NCBI GenBank assembly: GCA_964016885.1
Contig: OZ024741.1
Location: 123,814,001 to 123,878,000 of the forward strand
Origin: Eledone cirrhosa
Taxonomy: Eukaryota
Direction: 5' to 3'
Length of the DNA stretch: 64,000 bases
Part shown: in pieces, positions 40,261-55,277 of the stretch
How the letters are laid out: each line of letters begins with the position of its first letter
How positions within the stretch are numbered: the first letter of the stretch is position 1
Made by a program: the position numbers and the translations under genes
Notes under the pieces: model-generated
Told to the model about the DNA's origin: nothing
Database searches by the model: none
What the model saw: the letters and a program-made list of their open reading frames with translations, nothing else

Positions 40261-42110
40261 CACTTATTGCCATCTTAATTATAGAAGATCCTTATGTGAT
40301 AATACAATCCTACATGCACATAAAATGGCATTGTTGTCAGGCCTGGAAGGCTTTTGATGATAGCTCTGATGCTCTTTGTCGACATGAGTCTAAACAAAAT
40401 TATCGACAACATCCGTATTAATATGATTTTTTGTTTATTTTTCCATGAACCTGTCGTCGCAACATCGATAGTAATCTCTACAACCCCCTCCACACTGCTC
40501 CTGGTACATCTCCTATTACAGCTTCTCGTCATCATTATCTTCATCATGGTGGGTATGGGTAGTATCAGTAGAGCATCAGACACAAATGCTTTTTTGCATA
40601 TAGTTACGTCCCTTTACGTTTGGATTTTAAATCCCACCGTTGTTAGCTCTGCCTTTCATAATAAGTAGTCGATAAAATAAATTACCAGTAACGCTTTGAT
40701 TTATCGCCCTCCTCCATATTTGGTGGGCTAGTACCTAAATCAAAAAACATTTATCATCTTCATGATTATCAACAGGATTTCCTCACATTCTCATTGGCCA
40801 TCAGAATATCTCTTTCTGCGGACTTCTACCTTCCTTCGATACATCATCAGATAGAATAGCGGTGCTGTTTTGTAGCTTGTCTGAAAACAAAGATCTGACT
40901 GAACTTCCATTAATCATGCAACATTTCTTACAATTATCTCCTCTTTTCATTTTGAGTATCATTAACAACACCCAGTATCATTTCAATAATTTTCTTTTCA
41001 AACCAAGCGGGAAATTTCAAATAACTAAAATATTTTACTTTGTGCGTCATTCAACAGATCACGTTTCTAAAGGCTGGTTATGACCGAAAAACTGCAAGAC
41101 AATATCCCTCAATTTACATCAAAAATCATTAAAACGGAAAAGATACATTGACTGATGTAATGTAAGATTTAGTAAATAGTCAAGGCAGTCCTAGCTGGGC
41201 CATTTTTAATCACATATATACTCTATAACAATAACTACAAGAACAACAACTACGTAGCATCATGTTTAACATTAATGGCATAATTAACGTTCAAGCGTAA
41301 AAGCTCATTATGACGAAGATTATCCCGATTTCATGCGGCATTAAGCCCCGAAGACTATATTCAAGTCTATCGAAGGATAGGCACCAAACTGCTACCACTA
41401 ATACTCATTTTAAACAAAGTGGACTAAAAATTGAAGAAAGCAAAGACTCCTTAATTCCTGATGGAATTTCGGGGACGTTGTTATGACCAACGGCTTGTAT
41501 TAGGCATTTTGAATTAGGCTGAGCCCATTGATCTGAGAACTGAGCAATTTCTATCAGAAAGTAAGGGAAAGAAAGGAAGATAGAACATACGAGCACAAAC
41601 ATACAGATGAAAAAAGCACACACACAAACAAATGTACTACACTCTGTAAAATCCTAGTGATAGGGTTGGTGCCACAATAAAAGTCACCCACGCCAGGCTG
41701 TAAAGTGATAGTGTTGGTGTCACTATAAATCTCAGCCAGTGCAGGCTGTAAAGTGATAGTGCCGTTGCCACAGTAAAATTCACGCGGTTTAGGCAATTAA
41801 GGGGTAATGCACATTCCACAACATGAACACAGAACATATACAAAATAGGGCCAGTCTTAGATACGTCAACCAGCTCTAGATCTTATCCCAAAACGGTGGT
41901 TATCTGCCCGAATGCGATTTCTTATTTATTTCTAATTAATTATTATCTTTTTGATGAGCTAATTTTTGCTGAACTTACTTTCTTATTCCACCAAAAAAAA
42001 AAAAAAGAAACATTTACATGTATACGGTTTACTGTGGAAAATTATTATTAGGTTTCATCAAGATATTAAAATATATCAATTTTTATTGTAGTTCTCTCTC
42101 TCTCTCTCTC

Positions 42111-42200
<90 letters not shown>

Positions 42201-42475
42201 AATCTCTCTCTCCCTCTGTATATATATATGTATATATACATTTAAGTACTATAAACCTAATTAAACAATCTAAATAGCAGCTCACTATAGTTCTATGTGA
42301 TGTACCTTTTTGTTAGTATCCCCTTCTCCTAATTATACGCCTTCCTGTTAATTGTTTAACCTTTTAATTTTTTAGCTTCCATTGATTCATGTGTTACTCA
42401 CTAAGGGCATCAAGGTACATAACCACTTGTAATTGCATGGGTATACACATGTATCTATGTATGTATGATAAGAGA

Positions 42476-42509
<34 letters not shown>

Positions 42510-42899
42510 ATATGTGTATGTGTGTATGTGTATGTACATATATGTGTGTGTATATATATATGATGTATGCATATATATATATATATATGTATGTGTGCGT
42601 GTATGTATGTATATGTGTATGTATATATATATGTATGCGTATATATGTTTTTAATGGAGTATCTATGTAATTATACCTCTATCTATATATGTGAGTATAT
42701 GTACTTTTGTGATCTAAGAAAATTATGCGTTTTTGTCTATATGTCAACATCCATTTATCTGGGATTGATTACTTATACATAGACCCACTTGAAAATATTT
42801 ACTATTTTATATTTTATGATACATCATACGATATACTATACTATATACAATGTACCATAATGCACTATATTATATTACATTATATTATATTATTATTAT

Positions 42900-43065
42900 T
42901 GGCAGTATCGGTAGAGGGTCGGACGCCATGCTTTCCAGCATAGTTACGTCCCTTTACGGTCTGAGTTCAAATCCCGCCGAGGTTAACTTTGCCTTTTATC
43001 CTTACGGGGTCGATAAAATAAAGTACCAGTAATGTACTGGGTAATTGCTGGCCTTGTGCCAAAAA
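42900..43065 (+). mobile_element. tRNA-derived SINE, reference copy; partial copies also at ~8360, ~24060, ~34975, ~40560 and ~45550
   Basis: A and B boxes plus the conserved core, present at least 10 times in the window. Confidence 0.85.
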
Positions 43066-43689
43066 TAAGAAAATCTTATTATAATGTTGATCTTTTAATA
43101 TACTATCCTTCCTAGTTATGACCATTACATTACCTATCTATATTTATCCTAGTTATTTCCATATATTTTATATTTCTTTATTTATATTCACCTAAAAACT
43201 CCATACAACACAACTCAACATATAATTTTTACATCCCTTTTTTAACTTCACTCCACCATCTACATTCCACTATCAATACAACAATCCCTTTTCTTCATAG
43301 GTTCTTCATAGTAATTCTATTTTTAACACCATTCAACCATTCCTTTCAAAAGGTCATGACCTTAACTAAAGGGAGTTATATTTCGTCTTAATATCATATG
43401 GCTAAACACCATTTGATTGGTTTGTTCTTCAGCTACCTCCAAATAAGGTCATAGAACTCAATTTACTATTGATTTTGAATAAAATGTTCATTGCTTTTGA
43501 CAACGGCTGACAATATACACGTAGGTAAATATATTCCTTATCTGATATTTTGTAACTAACCTTACATAGATCGATAACGAAATATGCGTACAATGTATTA
43601 TTATCACCTAGAAACGATCGTAAAGCAGTGAAGTATACTCCTAATGAGTTGAATTTTTATTTCATTGTTCTAACTTATATATATATATA

Positions 43690-44178
43690 ACTATATATAT
43701 ATAAAACTGTGGTTGTCTGTCTGTCTTTCTGTCTACTAAAACGGTCGGCACACATCTCCTCCTAAACCGTACGTTCAAATTTCGGTGAAATAGCTACACT
43801 TATAGATAAAGGTCCGGCAGCGACATCGGTCAAAACAAATTTCAAATCGACCCACGCCATGTGCAACAATCGAAATTGAAATGTATTGATTTTTCAGTTC
43901 AAATGTATAAATAGAGATGAGAGACGTGTTATTTCCCTGTTATGGTGTCATTTGTTTATCTATTTACGTTACGAACAAACTACGCGTGCAAAAGTACAAA
44001 AATACGCGAACAGTTTCCGACCCATTAAAATTTTAACCTTCAAAATTCATGAGTTCGAAGTTTCAACATTAAGCTTCCATTTTGCTTCATTTCCATTAAA
44101 AAGTTTTTTAAAACAATATTTCAGCGCATCAGCCTCGCCATCACCCGAGGCAACGCTGCGAGTGTGCTGGCTTGCCTA
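43690..44178 (+). mobile_element. Probable non-autonomous Helitron/Helentron-like element
   Basis: 5' TATATAAAACTGTGG followed by (GTCT)n; 3' CCCGAGGCAACGCTGCG hairpin-like end. Confidence 0.4.
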
Positions 44179-44519
44179 AAAAAATCATTAGAGAGTTTGC
44201 CCAGTACTCGCGACATTGCTGTCTTTTGCTCTGGTGTTGGCTCCGTTGTTCACCCCTTCCTTTACATTTTCTTTAATATTGTAGCATTGAAGGAATATAT
44301 CTTTCATTGTTTCACCCTTTGTAGTGTTACCGAGGCATTTGTAATGTTATTTATGTATATATTTAAAACATATTTGTTATGTTATTCTACTGTAAACCTA
44401 TTTATATGCTCTGTTTATTTTCATTCTGAAGGAATTGCAAACGATTTGTAATGCTGTTTGTGCAACTATGAATAAAATATGTTTACTTGAAAACAAGCCT
44501 ATTTGAATACACTACTACG

Positions 44520-44722
44520 CTAAATGTGTTGTTATAGATGTGTTGTTATGGAATCCATCTCATGGAGCAAGAAACGCTGGTCGTCCCAAGAAGACATACA
44601 TCAAGCAACTTGAGGACGATACTGGATGCACTGCGGAAGAACTGGCAAACGCTATGAGAGACAGAGATGGATGGAGGAAACGTGTCGTAGAAAGCCGAGC
44701 AAGGTCGAACTGATGATGATGA
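44520..44722 (+). mobile_element. RTE-type LINE extreme 3' end with (TGA)n tail
   Basis: LLWNPSHGARNAGRPKKTYIKQLEDDTG...AMRDRDGWRKRV, then TGATGATGATGA. Confidence 0.75.
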
Positions 44723-44967
44723 CTAACCTAAACAAATCTATGAAACTATATACATGTTGCAACTCTCTCTCTAAATATATATATCCCACACACACGCATA
44801 TACATATACATCTAAAGATAGAAAGGGAGATGTAGAGAGAGAGAGAGAGTGAGATAGGTTGCTATGCAAAGAGAAGTACTCGACAATCAGATAGAGAGAC
44901 AGAGAGAGGGGCAATGGCGACGATCGCTGGTTCACACACACACACAAACACATATATATATATATAA

Positions 44968-45036
<69 letters not shown>

Positions 45037-45699
45037 GAGAGTGAGAGAGAGAGATCTGCGCGTTCTTTATTGTTCTCCATTCTGTAGAGGAAGAGAGAGA
45101 TAGGGGGTATGAGTGAGAGAGATAGAGAAAGAGAGAGAGAGAGGGTATGAGAAAAAATGGAGAGGGGTTGAGAAAGAAATAAATTTTAAGCAAAGAATCG
45201 CTGCTTTCAACATTAACGTGATCTTCTTAAACTAAAAAATTCAATCTGTGAACGCAGAATTAAAATATTTCGAGAAACGTTACAACCGAAGGAAAACAGG
45301 AAGACGATATTTTGGTTCGGGAAGACGTTCCCTGGTAAGGAACGGGGAAAAAGTGATTATAATACGTCGTTTTGTGGACCTAGAAGAACAATTTCATGCT
45401 AAGACAAGACCAAGTTTATGGTGTAAATGGAGTCGTTAGACTAATATTCTATTTAAAATAACAGAATGATTTCCAGCCCCGGAGTTTAAGAATGATGTAA
45501 AATTGTAATCGAAATTGTAAACTAAAATGACAGAGGTTATTAAAATAGTTGTTTCTTCTTTTGGCACAAGGCCAGCAGTTAACCAGTACATTACTGGTAT
45601 TTTATTTTGTCGACCCCGTAAGGATGAAAAGCAACGTTAACCTCGACGGAATTTTAACTTTGCCTTAAAATAGTAAAAGTAAATAGTGAAGATTTAGGC

Positions 45700-46242
45700 C
45701 AATACATACGTATGAGCCGACGGACATACACATACATATACATACGCACGCACAAATATATACACACACACAAACACACACACACACACAGACGCGCGCA
45801 CGCGCGTGTGTGACCCTTATGAATTTCTACAGTATTTTCACCAAACTTAAGACATAGGTTACTTATGTACTCAGGATGGTCATGGGCACTTTCATTTTTC
45901 CAGATATTGTTTATAGGGCCTCGCGGCAGATAACCTCCTTCAACCACTTCCTTGGAGTCGACTGAAGCACTGCAGTGCAATGCAACAAAACGTCATAACT
46001 TCTGGAGTTCGCAACCGATTTTCACAAAACTTGACACATGGGCTACGTTTGTTCTACAAATGAATGTGAACTCTCAGAATTGGCACGTATTGAGTAGAGG
46101 AAGCTGGGGCAGGAACCCCCTTTTGCAAAAAGCCGATGATTTTGAAAAAGTATAGTTTTCGAAGTAGCACAGAAGTATTGACATAAATAGTATGCATAAC
46201 TGCTATTTAATACTCGAGCAACGCCGGGTACCTCTGCTAGTA
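45700..46242 (+). mobile_element. Probable non-autonomous Helitron
   Basis: 3' end CGAGCAACGCCGGGTACCTCTGCTAG|T fits the hairpin + CTAG Helitron terminus. Internal CCGATTTTCACAAAACTT motif. 5' boundary uncertain. Confidence 0.5.
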
Positions 46243-46500
46243 TATATATATATATATTATATATCGATGTGGGACTGCTATTTCTAATAACAATACTTTC
46301 ACCTCTTAATAATGTGTGTGTGAGATACGTTGGCTGAGTGCCACCACGTAAAATTTGTAAATCGATGGCTAGTCGAAGGACAGAGTTGTATCGTATTCCA
46401 GTTGCTAATCGCTTTACCGTGTCGGTTGTCTCAAACAGTCATGACCGGCATGGGCTGGGGTTTGAATTCTGTCGATCGAATGGTTATTGATTAGACGATC

Positions 46501-46611
46501 CCCGCTGATGAAGCCACATAAGCCAATTATGCATTGTTGCATAATATATGAAGATGGAGGGTGCAGTGCACCTTACTGCTGCATAAAGTGCGGCCGAAAC
46601 TCGAGTCCGGG
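46501..46611 (+). ncRNA. Intact hammerhead with ~85-nt stem II domain
   Basis: CCCG-CTGATGA-AGCC...GGCC-GAAAC-TCGA-GTC-CGGG, with palindrome ACTCGAGT. Confidence 0.7.
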
Positions 46612-46797
46612 AACTATTATAGGCACCCGATTTGTATTGAAGCGAATAACTATGTGTATACTCAGGGAATGTAACTTACATTACCTATTGAGTACGCTGA
46701 GATACAACCTGTCCTGGCATTGATAAATATGTTGCGTCCGTCAAATCATTATATATATATATATATATATAAAGGGTAGGTAAATATCAATACGTAG

Positions 46798-46915
<118 letters not shown>

Positions 46916-47071
46916 ATATCCGATACCCCGACAGCGGAGTTCCTATCGTTTCAACAACTAGGAGCTCAGCCATCGGAGTCCCAGTTCTTTTCATATTATC
47001 CAGTCTACTACAACAGGTATCGAGTACTCTCTTTAATAATGGACTAACGAATGTTACCACTTTTATTCTGA

Positions 47072-47128
<57 letters not shown>

Positions 47129-47654
47129 AAGTGTTAAAACAATCAAATCTTACTTTAATATATTAATTTGCTGATAATTGTTTCTTCCAGAAGGAAGTCT
47201 GGATTTCATCGGAGCATAGGGAATGTCTAAACAGGTGATTAACATCGTAGTATTTCAGAACATTTAGGTAGATACATAAGTGTTGCTTGTGTCATAGACA
47301 TCAAGTAGTAAATCAGGAGTTAAAAGATGTTATGCTTGAGAGAACACAATTGCAAGGTGCACTGGTTGAAAGTGTAAGAGGTATAAGCAATAAGTACAAC
47401 TGAAAAAACTTACAAGCAAGGAAAAATGTAAGATTGGATAGACATTATTATTTATATATATATAGAGAGAGAGAGAGAGAAAAAAAGTATGACCCCGACG
47501 GCAGAGCTCAAGCCGTTTCGACGGCTATTCCAGAAATAGCCATCTTCATACTTTTTTCCTATTTCCCACTCTACTACCTTAGGTATTGAGTACTCTTGTG
47601 CGTTGTGGTTCATCTGGTTCCTTACCACAATTCCTTTATTATATATATATATAC

Positions 47655-47766
<112 letters not shown>

Positions 47767-48056
47767 ATAACGATACTATTTATGGTTATGTATATACTAA
47801 AACCTTTTATAGTTATATATATATTATACCCTAAATAGTGAAAGACAGTAATTTATTACTATCTTATTACCAGTAAGATAAATAGCTCAATGTAACTGGG
47901 GGTCAATATATACACATGTTTCTATATGTCTCTTGTGTTGAAAAGGAGGTTAAGTATGTTAAAAATGACTGAATAATTGCTCCGAAGACTCCAAACCTCG
48001 GTTTGGAAAAAACAATTGTAAGCAGATAATTGATTTAAACAGAACTTTGTTTCATG

Positions 48057-48297
<241 letters not shown>

Positions 48298-48543
48298 GTA
48301 TATATATATATGTGTGTGTGTGTGTACATATATGTATATATATAAAGATTAGGTATATATCGATCTATCTATCTATATATATATTATACATATATATATG
48401 CCTCTGTATATATGTGTGTGTCTATTTTACATTACTTAGGGGTTGGTAAATATACTTGGAGAAATACTGAAATTTATACGATCGACCAAGTCAAAGCGTT
48501 GCACCAGAATAGTCGCTCTCTAGTAAAAGAAAACAGTAAAAGA

Positions 48544-48589
<46 letters not shown>

Positions 48590-48689
48590 TTTATAGTGAG
48601 AACAAATTAATTGAAATATTACAAAGAACTATAATTATATGAACAAGTAATCAAGTATGATAAATGAACAAAAGTGTATATATATATAT

Positions 48690-48744
<55 letters not shown>

Positions 48745-48863
48745 GTGTGTGTGTGTGTATTTATATGTATATATATACGTGTAAACATGTATATATGCAT
48801 ATATATGTGTATATATATGTATATATATATATGTATATGCGTATATATATATGTATATATGTA

Positions 48864-48894
<31 letters not shown>

Positions 48895-49417
48895 ATCACA
48901 TATATTTACCTAAACTGCGATTCTGTTTTTCTCTCTCTCTTACTGTTCCCTCGTTCTCTCTGTTTCTCTTACTTTCTTTCGCCCCCTCTGTCATGTCAGT
49001 TAACACTTTCTCTCTACTGACCTCTTCCTCACACTTCCACTCACTCACTCACTGTTTCTCCCCTTCTCACTTCACCCCGTTCGCGACGAAAACAATTTCC
49101 TTCTTTCTTACATTTGGATTCATCTCGAAAGGTCTTTATCTACGCGCTCATATATTCACCCAGCTTATGCTGACAGAATAACTATGTAGCTTGTGCCCTT
49201 CCTATCTATGGTTAGCTTTCCTCTTTGTTGTTACTTGTCTCACTCGCTTTACGCGTTTTAATTGTCCTAATAACTTAATTTAGTTATTATTGCACCAACG
49301 TGAGGTATATGATTTTTAATGCAATGAAATATCTATGATCGTTTGCAAATCACTGATGAGGGACTCATTTTATAATATGTTATCCATGTGCAACCTGCAG
49401 TATTCCTCTCCCCATTT

Positions 49418-49502
<85 letters not shown>

Positions 49503-49527
49503 AATATATATATATATACACACAATG

Positions 49528-49589
<62 letters not shown>

Positions 49590-49632
49590 AACATACATAT
49601 ATATACATATACACACACATACACACAAACAA

Positions 49633-49676
<44 letters not shown>

Positions 49677-49715
49677 GTATATATGTATATATATATATAC
49701 ACACACACTGATACA

Positions 49716-49747
<32 letters not shown>

Positions 49748-49817
49748 CAATATATATATATATATACATACACACACACATACACACACACAAACACAAA
49801 CACACTCATACACACAC

Positions 49818-49889
<72 letters not shown>

Positions 49890-49956
49890 GAGATTTTTTT
49901 ACGGATATTAACGTTGTTTTAATCATTATATTAGCAATGGCTGAGCATTAATTTGT

Positions 49957-50132
49957 TGGCAGTATCGGTAGAGGGACGGACGCCATGCTTTCCAGCATAG
50001 TTACGTCCCTTTACGATCTGAGTTCAAATCCCGCCGAGGTTGACTTTGCCTTTCATCCTTACGGGGTCGAAAAAATAAAGTACCAGTAATGCACTTGGTA
50101 ATTGCTGGCCTTGTGCCTAAAGTAGACACAAT
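49957..50132 (+). mobile_element. tRNA-derived SINE
   Basis: Near-identical to the 32942 and 42900 copies. Confidence 0.85.
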
Positions 50133-50658
50133 TAATTTGTAGTTGACAGTTATTTGGTTTTCAATATTTGTTCTCATATTCAGGTCAGTTATTGTCTACC
50201 TGAATGAATAATTTTAAATAAATATAGCACAGAATAATTTGTATATAAATCATTTATTAACTGGATATTTATGATGGTATGTGTTTGTGCGTGTGTGTTT
50301 GTTTGCGTGTATGTGCGTGTGTGTGTTTATGTATTGATGTATGTATATGTTAGTGTGAGAATTGTTGTTATATTTTTATATGTTTAGGTAACTGGTTGAC
50401 ACTTATTAGTTACATAATAATTAATGGCATTGTCTTTCATGTTAAATTATACAGATTGACGTATTAAAAGAAATTGTTCTAGCATTTATAAATGCAATAA
50501 TTTATATTCTTCATATTTATATTTTTGTGGTTTTGTATCTGCGTGTGTGTATTAATATATAGTTATACATGTTGTGTGGTGTGTATTTAAACACATATAC
50601 ATAATACACAATCATGTATATATAAATATACAGGTATATATGTATGTATGTATATATG

Positions 50659-50737
<79 letters not shown>

Positions 50738-50985
50738 GTGAGGTTTTTTTTACAAAATGAAAAATAACCGAGGTGTCCTACACGAGTGAAAGTATAAAGA
50801 AAAAGAGATGAAATCGAAAATGCAACTGGAGTCTTATTTTATTTTTAAATATATATATTTATTTGGTTCCTTTACCGGTTTCGCAGTTCTTCTGCTTTTC
50901 AAAAGGTGAGTTGAGATGGAGGGTCTGTGGTTTTTCTCACATCTGTGATAAGACAACAGTTGCATTTTCGATTTCATCTCTTTTT

Positions 50986-51036
<51 letters not shown>

Positions 51037-51173
51037 TATATAATATATATATATGTATGTCTGCATGTATATATATATATATATATATATAAGTATATAT
51101 ATATATATTTACGTATGCATGTATATATATATATACATGTATGTATATATGTATATATATATTTGTATATATG

Positions 51174-51240
<67 letters not shown>

Positions 51241-51306
51241 TATATATATATATATATATTTATTTATATATATATGTATATATGTATATATATACATATT
51301 TATATA

Positions 51307-51405
<99 letters not shown>

Positions 51406-52380
51406 TATATATATATATATATATGTTTGTGTGTGTATACACGTATAATACATTGGTGTATCTCAGTCAATATGACTGTATATATATATATAAATGTTAT
51501 ATAGGGTTAATCTGAAGAGAATGTATAGTGCCATGTAATAAATATTTTAATGTCATTTTGAATCGAAAGAGAAATAAAGTGAAGTTAGATTATTGGAAAG
51601 AGAAGTGTTGAGGATATATATTAACATAGAACATATGTAACTATATAACACGGTAGAAATGATGTCTTTCAAAACCTTCATTTGCGTCCCCTATGTTTCT
51701 ATGTTATATATTTATGTTTATGTTATGTCCATTCTAGTAGAGTATAACAAAGTCTTATTAGATACTGTATATCACTAGAAACAAAATAAAAGAAGCAAGT
51801 GATCTGTATATATATATATATTTCGATTACAGAGTCTGGTTCGATCTGTAATAGATCTTGCTTCGAACTGATCGATAGAGAAACATATGTAATATGGTAA
51901 TAAACGTGATATGATGCAACACAGAATCCTCTATCTTTATAATAGTATACTCAGCTCTGCGCGAGCATCGAGTGCTCAACCGGCATACCGACTACGGACG
52001 CATTTACCTTGCAACATTACACCTATATATATGTATATATATATATATAGGTTCATGGCTTAGTGGTTAGAGCATTGGGCTTGCAATGTGTGTTCGATTC
52101 TCGGACCGTGTGGTGCGTTGTGTCTTTGAGTCAGACACATTGTTTCCGTTGCTCCAGGTTACACAGTTGTAGAAATGAATTGCGACGTCGCTGGTGCCAA
52201 GCTGTATCAGTCAATCAGTCACAGCCTTTACCTTGAACATCATTAGTGGCGTGGAGAGGAGAGGCAGGTATGCTTGAGCGATTGTCTGTCTTACTTAAAC
52301 AAACTTGCCGGGCCTGTTCCTCGGAGGCAAACCTTCTAGGTGCAAATTACCTGGTCATTCGTGACCGTAGGTTGTCTTCT

Positions 52381-52445
<65 letters not shown>

Positions 52446-52505
52446 CTCAAGGCTCTGATACCATCAACACCATAAACACAGAGCTGGCATATCTAAGGAC
52501 TGACT

Positions 52506-52564
52506 TACTGCCTGATGAGGTCATAGCCATTCAATGGCTATCATCGAAATATATATAGCAGTAA
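52506..52564 (+). ncRNA. Type I hammerhead ribozyme (28942 family)
   Basis: TTACTGC-CTGATGA-GGTCATAGCC..GGCTATCATC-GAAAT-ATAT-ATA-GCAGTAA, with a 7-bp stem I. Confidence 0.75.
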
Positions 52565-52763
52565 ATAAAAGATTATGAGTTCATGTAATCGACTTTGTTT
52601 TCGTCACTATATATATATATAGGAAAAAGTATGACACCGGCTATTTCTGGACTGAGCTATGCCGTCGGGGTCATACTTTTATCCTATTTCCCACTCTACT
52701 ACCCTAAGTATTGAGTACTCTGGTGCGTTATGGTCCATCTGGCACCTTACCACAATTCTTTTG

Positions 52764-52813
<50 letters not shown>

Positions 52814-53690
52814 ATATATGTATAAGCAAAATGTAAATGGAAAACAACAAAGTAAACAATATAGCAAATATATATTTGTTTAAAGGTTGACTTAGTAGGA
52901 AAATATCTAAACCTTCCCGACTCTAGTCCTTTATCAGAACATAGAATTTGAAATAAAAGAAGATGTAGAAAGAGAAAACAAAACGTGAATAAAAATCACT
53001 GAATGAACACGCGTGCTTTTTCTTAAAAAAAAGTTTCTCTCTATTCTTCCACTTCTCTCTATCTCTCGCTCTCTCTCTCTCCTGTCTCCTTATTTATTCT
53101 TTTAGTTCTTATTCTACATTCTAAAAAGGACTACCGTTGATTTTCCACCATGTGAAGTACTAATAGATATAGAAGAGCAATCAAGGAAGTAGAAGAAGCA
53201 GAAGTGTTTCGAGATATTTTGGTAGTTTGCAGATGTACTGTCATCCAAAACTATATGAAAGAACCAGACATGACGTCTAGGCGGCTGAAGAGGTGTGCTT
53301 GGAGGAATATATATGAGGAATATATTCTTCATAAAAGAAGACATTAGTTAATATTGGATTTTCTAACAATTAAAATTAAGTGAAAAAAAAAACGAAGAAC
53401 ACATTCCGCACAACATTAGCCTCAGGCCGCCGCCTGGGTCAGAAAATATACAAAGGATATGTCATTCATTTTCGATGAGTAACAATTGAAGAAAAGTACT
53501 GAAGTTAGTCGTCTGGCTTTATGAGGTCCACGAACAAATATATACCTTCCCTGCAATGTTTAAGTATATATTGAATTCCAAATATATTATAGTTTTGTTC
53601 TATTATCAAATTCTTAAAAGAAAATTAATAATTTGATTCTGAGACCCTTCTTCGCTTGGAGTTAGACCATATATATATATATATATATGC

Positions 53691-53803
<113 letters not shown>

Positions 53804-53984
53804 TATATATAATTAGGATTTAGCTTCAGGCATAGCTGTATACAGATATGAATAGACATTTCGTATTTCTAAAGAAACACGGTATGTTTATATATATGTA
53901 AACACCTCCACACACAGACACATATCCACGCACACATACACACACACACATATATATATATAAAAGAAAATTTCGCTCTACATG

Positions 53985-54545
53985 GCTGAATACAATGAAT
54001 GTAATCTGACTTTTTCGAATATTAAAAATAACATTCGATTCGTTTGCAATTATGCAAACAAGCCTCAATGTCATACCCATGTCAGTAGAATGAAAACTTG
54101 ATTCGTGCTCTTATGTTCGCATGTAAACAGAACTACAGACACCAAAATTCTCTTTTTTATTTGAATTTGGCAAAGCCGGCCATTTATCGCTCGTATACAG
54201 GAAACAGACTGGCCAGTCTGCTAATATGGCTGATCAGTGGATCTGCTAATATGCAGATCAGACTGATCAGCCAGTCTGCTAATATGCAAATCAGGCCGAT
54301 CAGTCACTGTATTTTTCAAAATAGCATATATGTTCACTAGCTCTGACAGTTTGGCAGGTGAACAGTGAGCTGTACTGATGAAGGGTAATACCTAGACTCA
54401 TTAGTGCCTGCAGTTCTGTTCGCATGCCAACACAATGGCTAGAATGAAGTGTTCATTCTACTGACATGGCTATAAAATTGAGGCTTGTTTGCATAATTGC
54501 AAACTAATCGAATGTTATTTTTAGTATTCGAAAATCTCAAATTAC

Positions 54546-54550
<5 letters not shown>
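53985..54550. mobile_element. Inverted-arm element with short internal repeats, octamer and decayed hammerhead
   Basis: ~53998-54135 is inverted at ~54410-54547. TCTGCTAATATG occurs three times; ATGCAAAT at 54284; CTGATGA-AGG..CCT at 54375. Confidence 0.5.
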
Positions 54551-54631
<81 letters not shown>

Positions 54632-55277
54632 AAGATGAATATAAGATGAAAGTGCTTTTTTTAAAAAAAAGGAATTTATTAGGTATTGACATATGTTTCT
54701 GTAACAGACGGAATACCTATGTATCGCTGCTTGCGTAATCATATAATGTTAGCAAGTATTCGATAGCAAATGTATAATCAGTTGTCACTTCTTCAGAGAT
54801 TTTGGATAAATTGGATAAAATCAGAAAAATTGAAGTATTTATATTAGTGGTAATAGAGGAAGAAAAGAGGGGATAGTATATGACAGATGGTAATTCAATT
54901 TACTGCTAAACAAGTATATAAAGGGTTTCTAATGAGAATACAATGAGTAAATGGTTTATTTTATCTAAATAAGAATTTTTGGGAGTGCCTATTTTAATCT
55001 ATACTTGACCAATTGAACAATGGACAGGGCTGGTCATTTGGTGTAGTAGTATTAATTATAAAGTGTCAATTGAGGAAGGTGGAGCTTTCGAATTCTACTG
55101 AATAACATCAATGCTAGTAGCCAGCTGGTATATGCATTAGGGAATTGAATTAAGAAATCTCATTTTATCTATAGCAGTTTATATTAAATGGTAAATAACA
55201 GAAGAGTTGATAGAATTAAGACTAATAGAGAATGTTAATATGTATTTTGACAATCAAACGGAGATGGAGACAGGCGT

